DNA of 64,000 bases from positions 118,048,001 through 118,112,000 of the forward strand of contig OX597816.1 of NCBI GenBank assembly GCA_951406725.2, given 5' to 3'. The notes under the pieces were generated by a model. It saw only the letters and a program-made list of their open reading frames with translations, was not told the origin of the DNA and made no database searches. Every line of letters begins with the position of its first letter. Position 1 is the stretch's first letter. This document shows, in pieces, positions 63,598-64,000 of the stretch. The DNA comes from Octopus vulgaris. Lineage: Eukaryota. The position numbers and the translations under genes are program-made.

Positions 63598-63740
63598 AAT
63601 AATCCTTCGATGGAATTTATAAACATTTAATATATCGCTACACGCGTTTCCACAAATCACATGTCTCTTAAGAGAGATGATTTGTGGAAATGCATGTAGC
63701 GATGCATTAAATGTTTTATAAATTCCATCCGAGGATTATT
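63598..63740. repeat. 143-bp near-perfect palindrome
   Basis: aataatccttcgatggaatttataaacattta... / ...taaatgttttataaattccatccgaggattatt. Confidence 0.85.
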
Positions 63741-63869
63741 ATCATCATCATATATATAAATGATAAGCATGGCTTGCTCGCAATTTTACAATTGAAAGGC
63801 AGAAATATATGCATCACTAAAGTGACTTAGGGCATTAGTCAGCACCAATATTGCTAGAAATGGGAGTAA

Positions 63870-64000
63870 AAACAACTCATAGCCACAAGAAAGCACTTAT
63901 CTTAATGACTGACAAGGGAGGCAAGCTCGAATGCTGTAGGGAGCTTTGCCTCCCTTATAAGTCATTAAGATAAGTGCTTTCTTGTGGCTATGAGTTGTTT
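63870..64000. repeat. Near-perfect palindrome running to the window edge
   Basis: aaacaactcatagccacaagaaagcacttatcttaatgact / agtcattaagataagtgctttcttgtggctatgagttgttt. Confidence 0.85.

Overview
AT-rich, CpG-depleted, repeat-dense eukaryotic DNA. The SINE, microsatellite and TE landscape resembles octopod cephalopod genomes (inference, not proven). The window holds most of one plus-strand gene, Mediator subunit 15 (MED15): 14 GT-AG coding exons from 13126 to the stop at 60307 join in compatible phases into about 532 codons. They cover the post-[13 protein letters not shown] motif, the Q/P-rich activation region and the conserved C-terminal domain. I did not find the KIX-encoding 5' exons; they probably lie left of the window. 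Introns and the 3' flank contain defective mariner, Tc1 and DD41D-like elements, two internally deleted piggyBac elements plus MITE derivatives, Helitron-like elements, RTE, CR1/L2-type and HERO LINE fragments, Penelope-type inverted repeats and several SINE families. The most notable observations are: (1) a structurally complete minimal type I hammerhead ribozyme at 36485-36527 plus two decayed ones, all antisense to MED15; (2) a frame-preserving 33-nt candidate microexon at 23619-23651 inside a 28-kb intron; (3) a phase-compatible chain of minus-strand exons suggesting a nested antisense pseudogene or lncRNA; (4) a one-ended piggyBac flanked by a perfect 158-bp duplication that copies an exon's acceptor region; (5) a foldback transposon built from two transposase 3' ends. 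Most ORFs in the supplied track are spurious or TE-derived.
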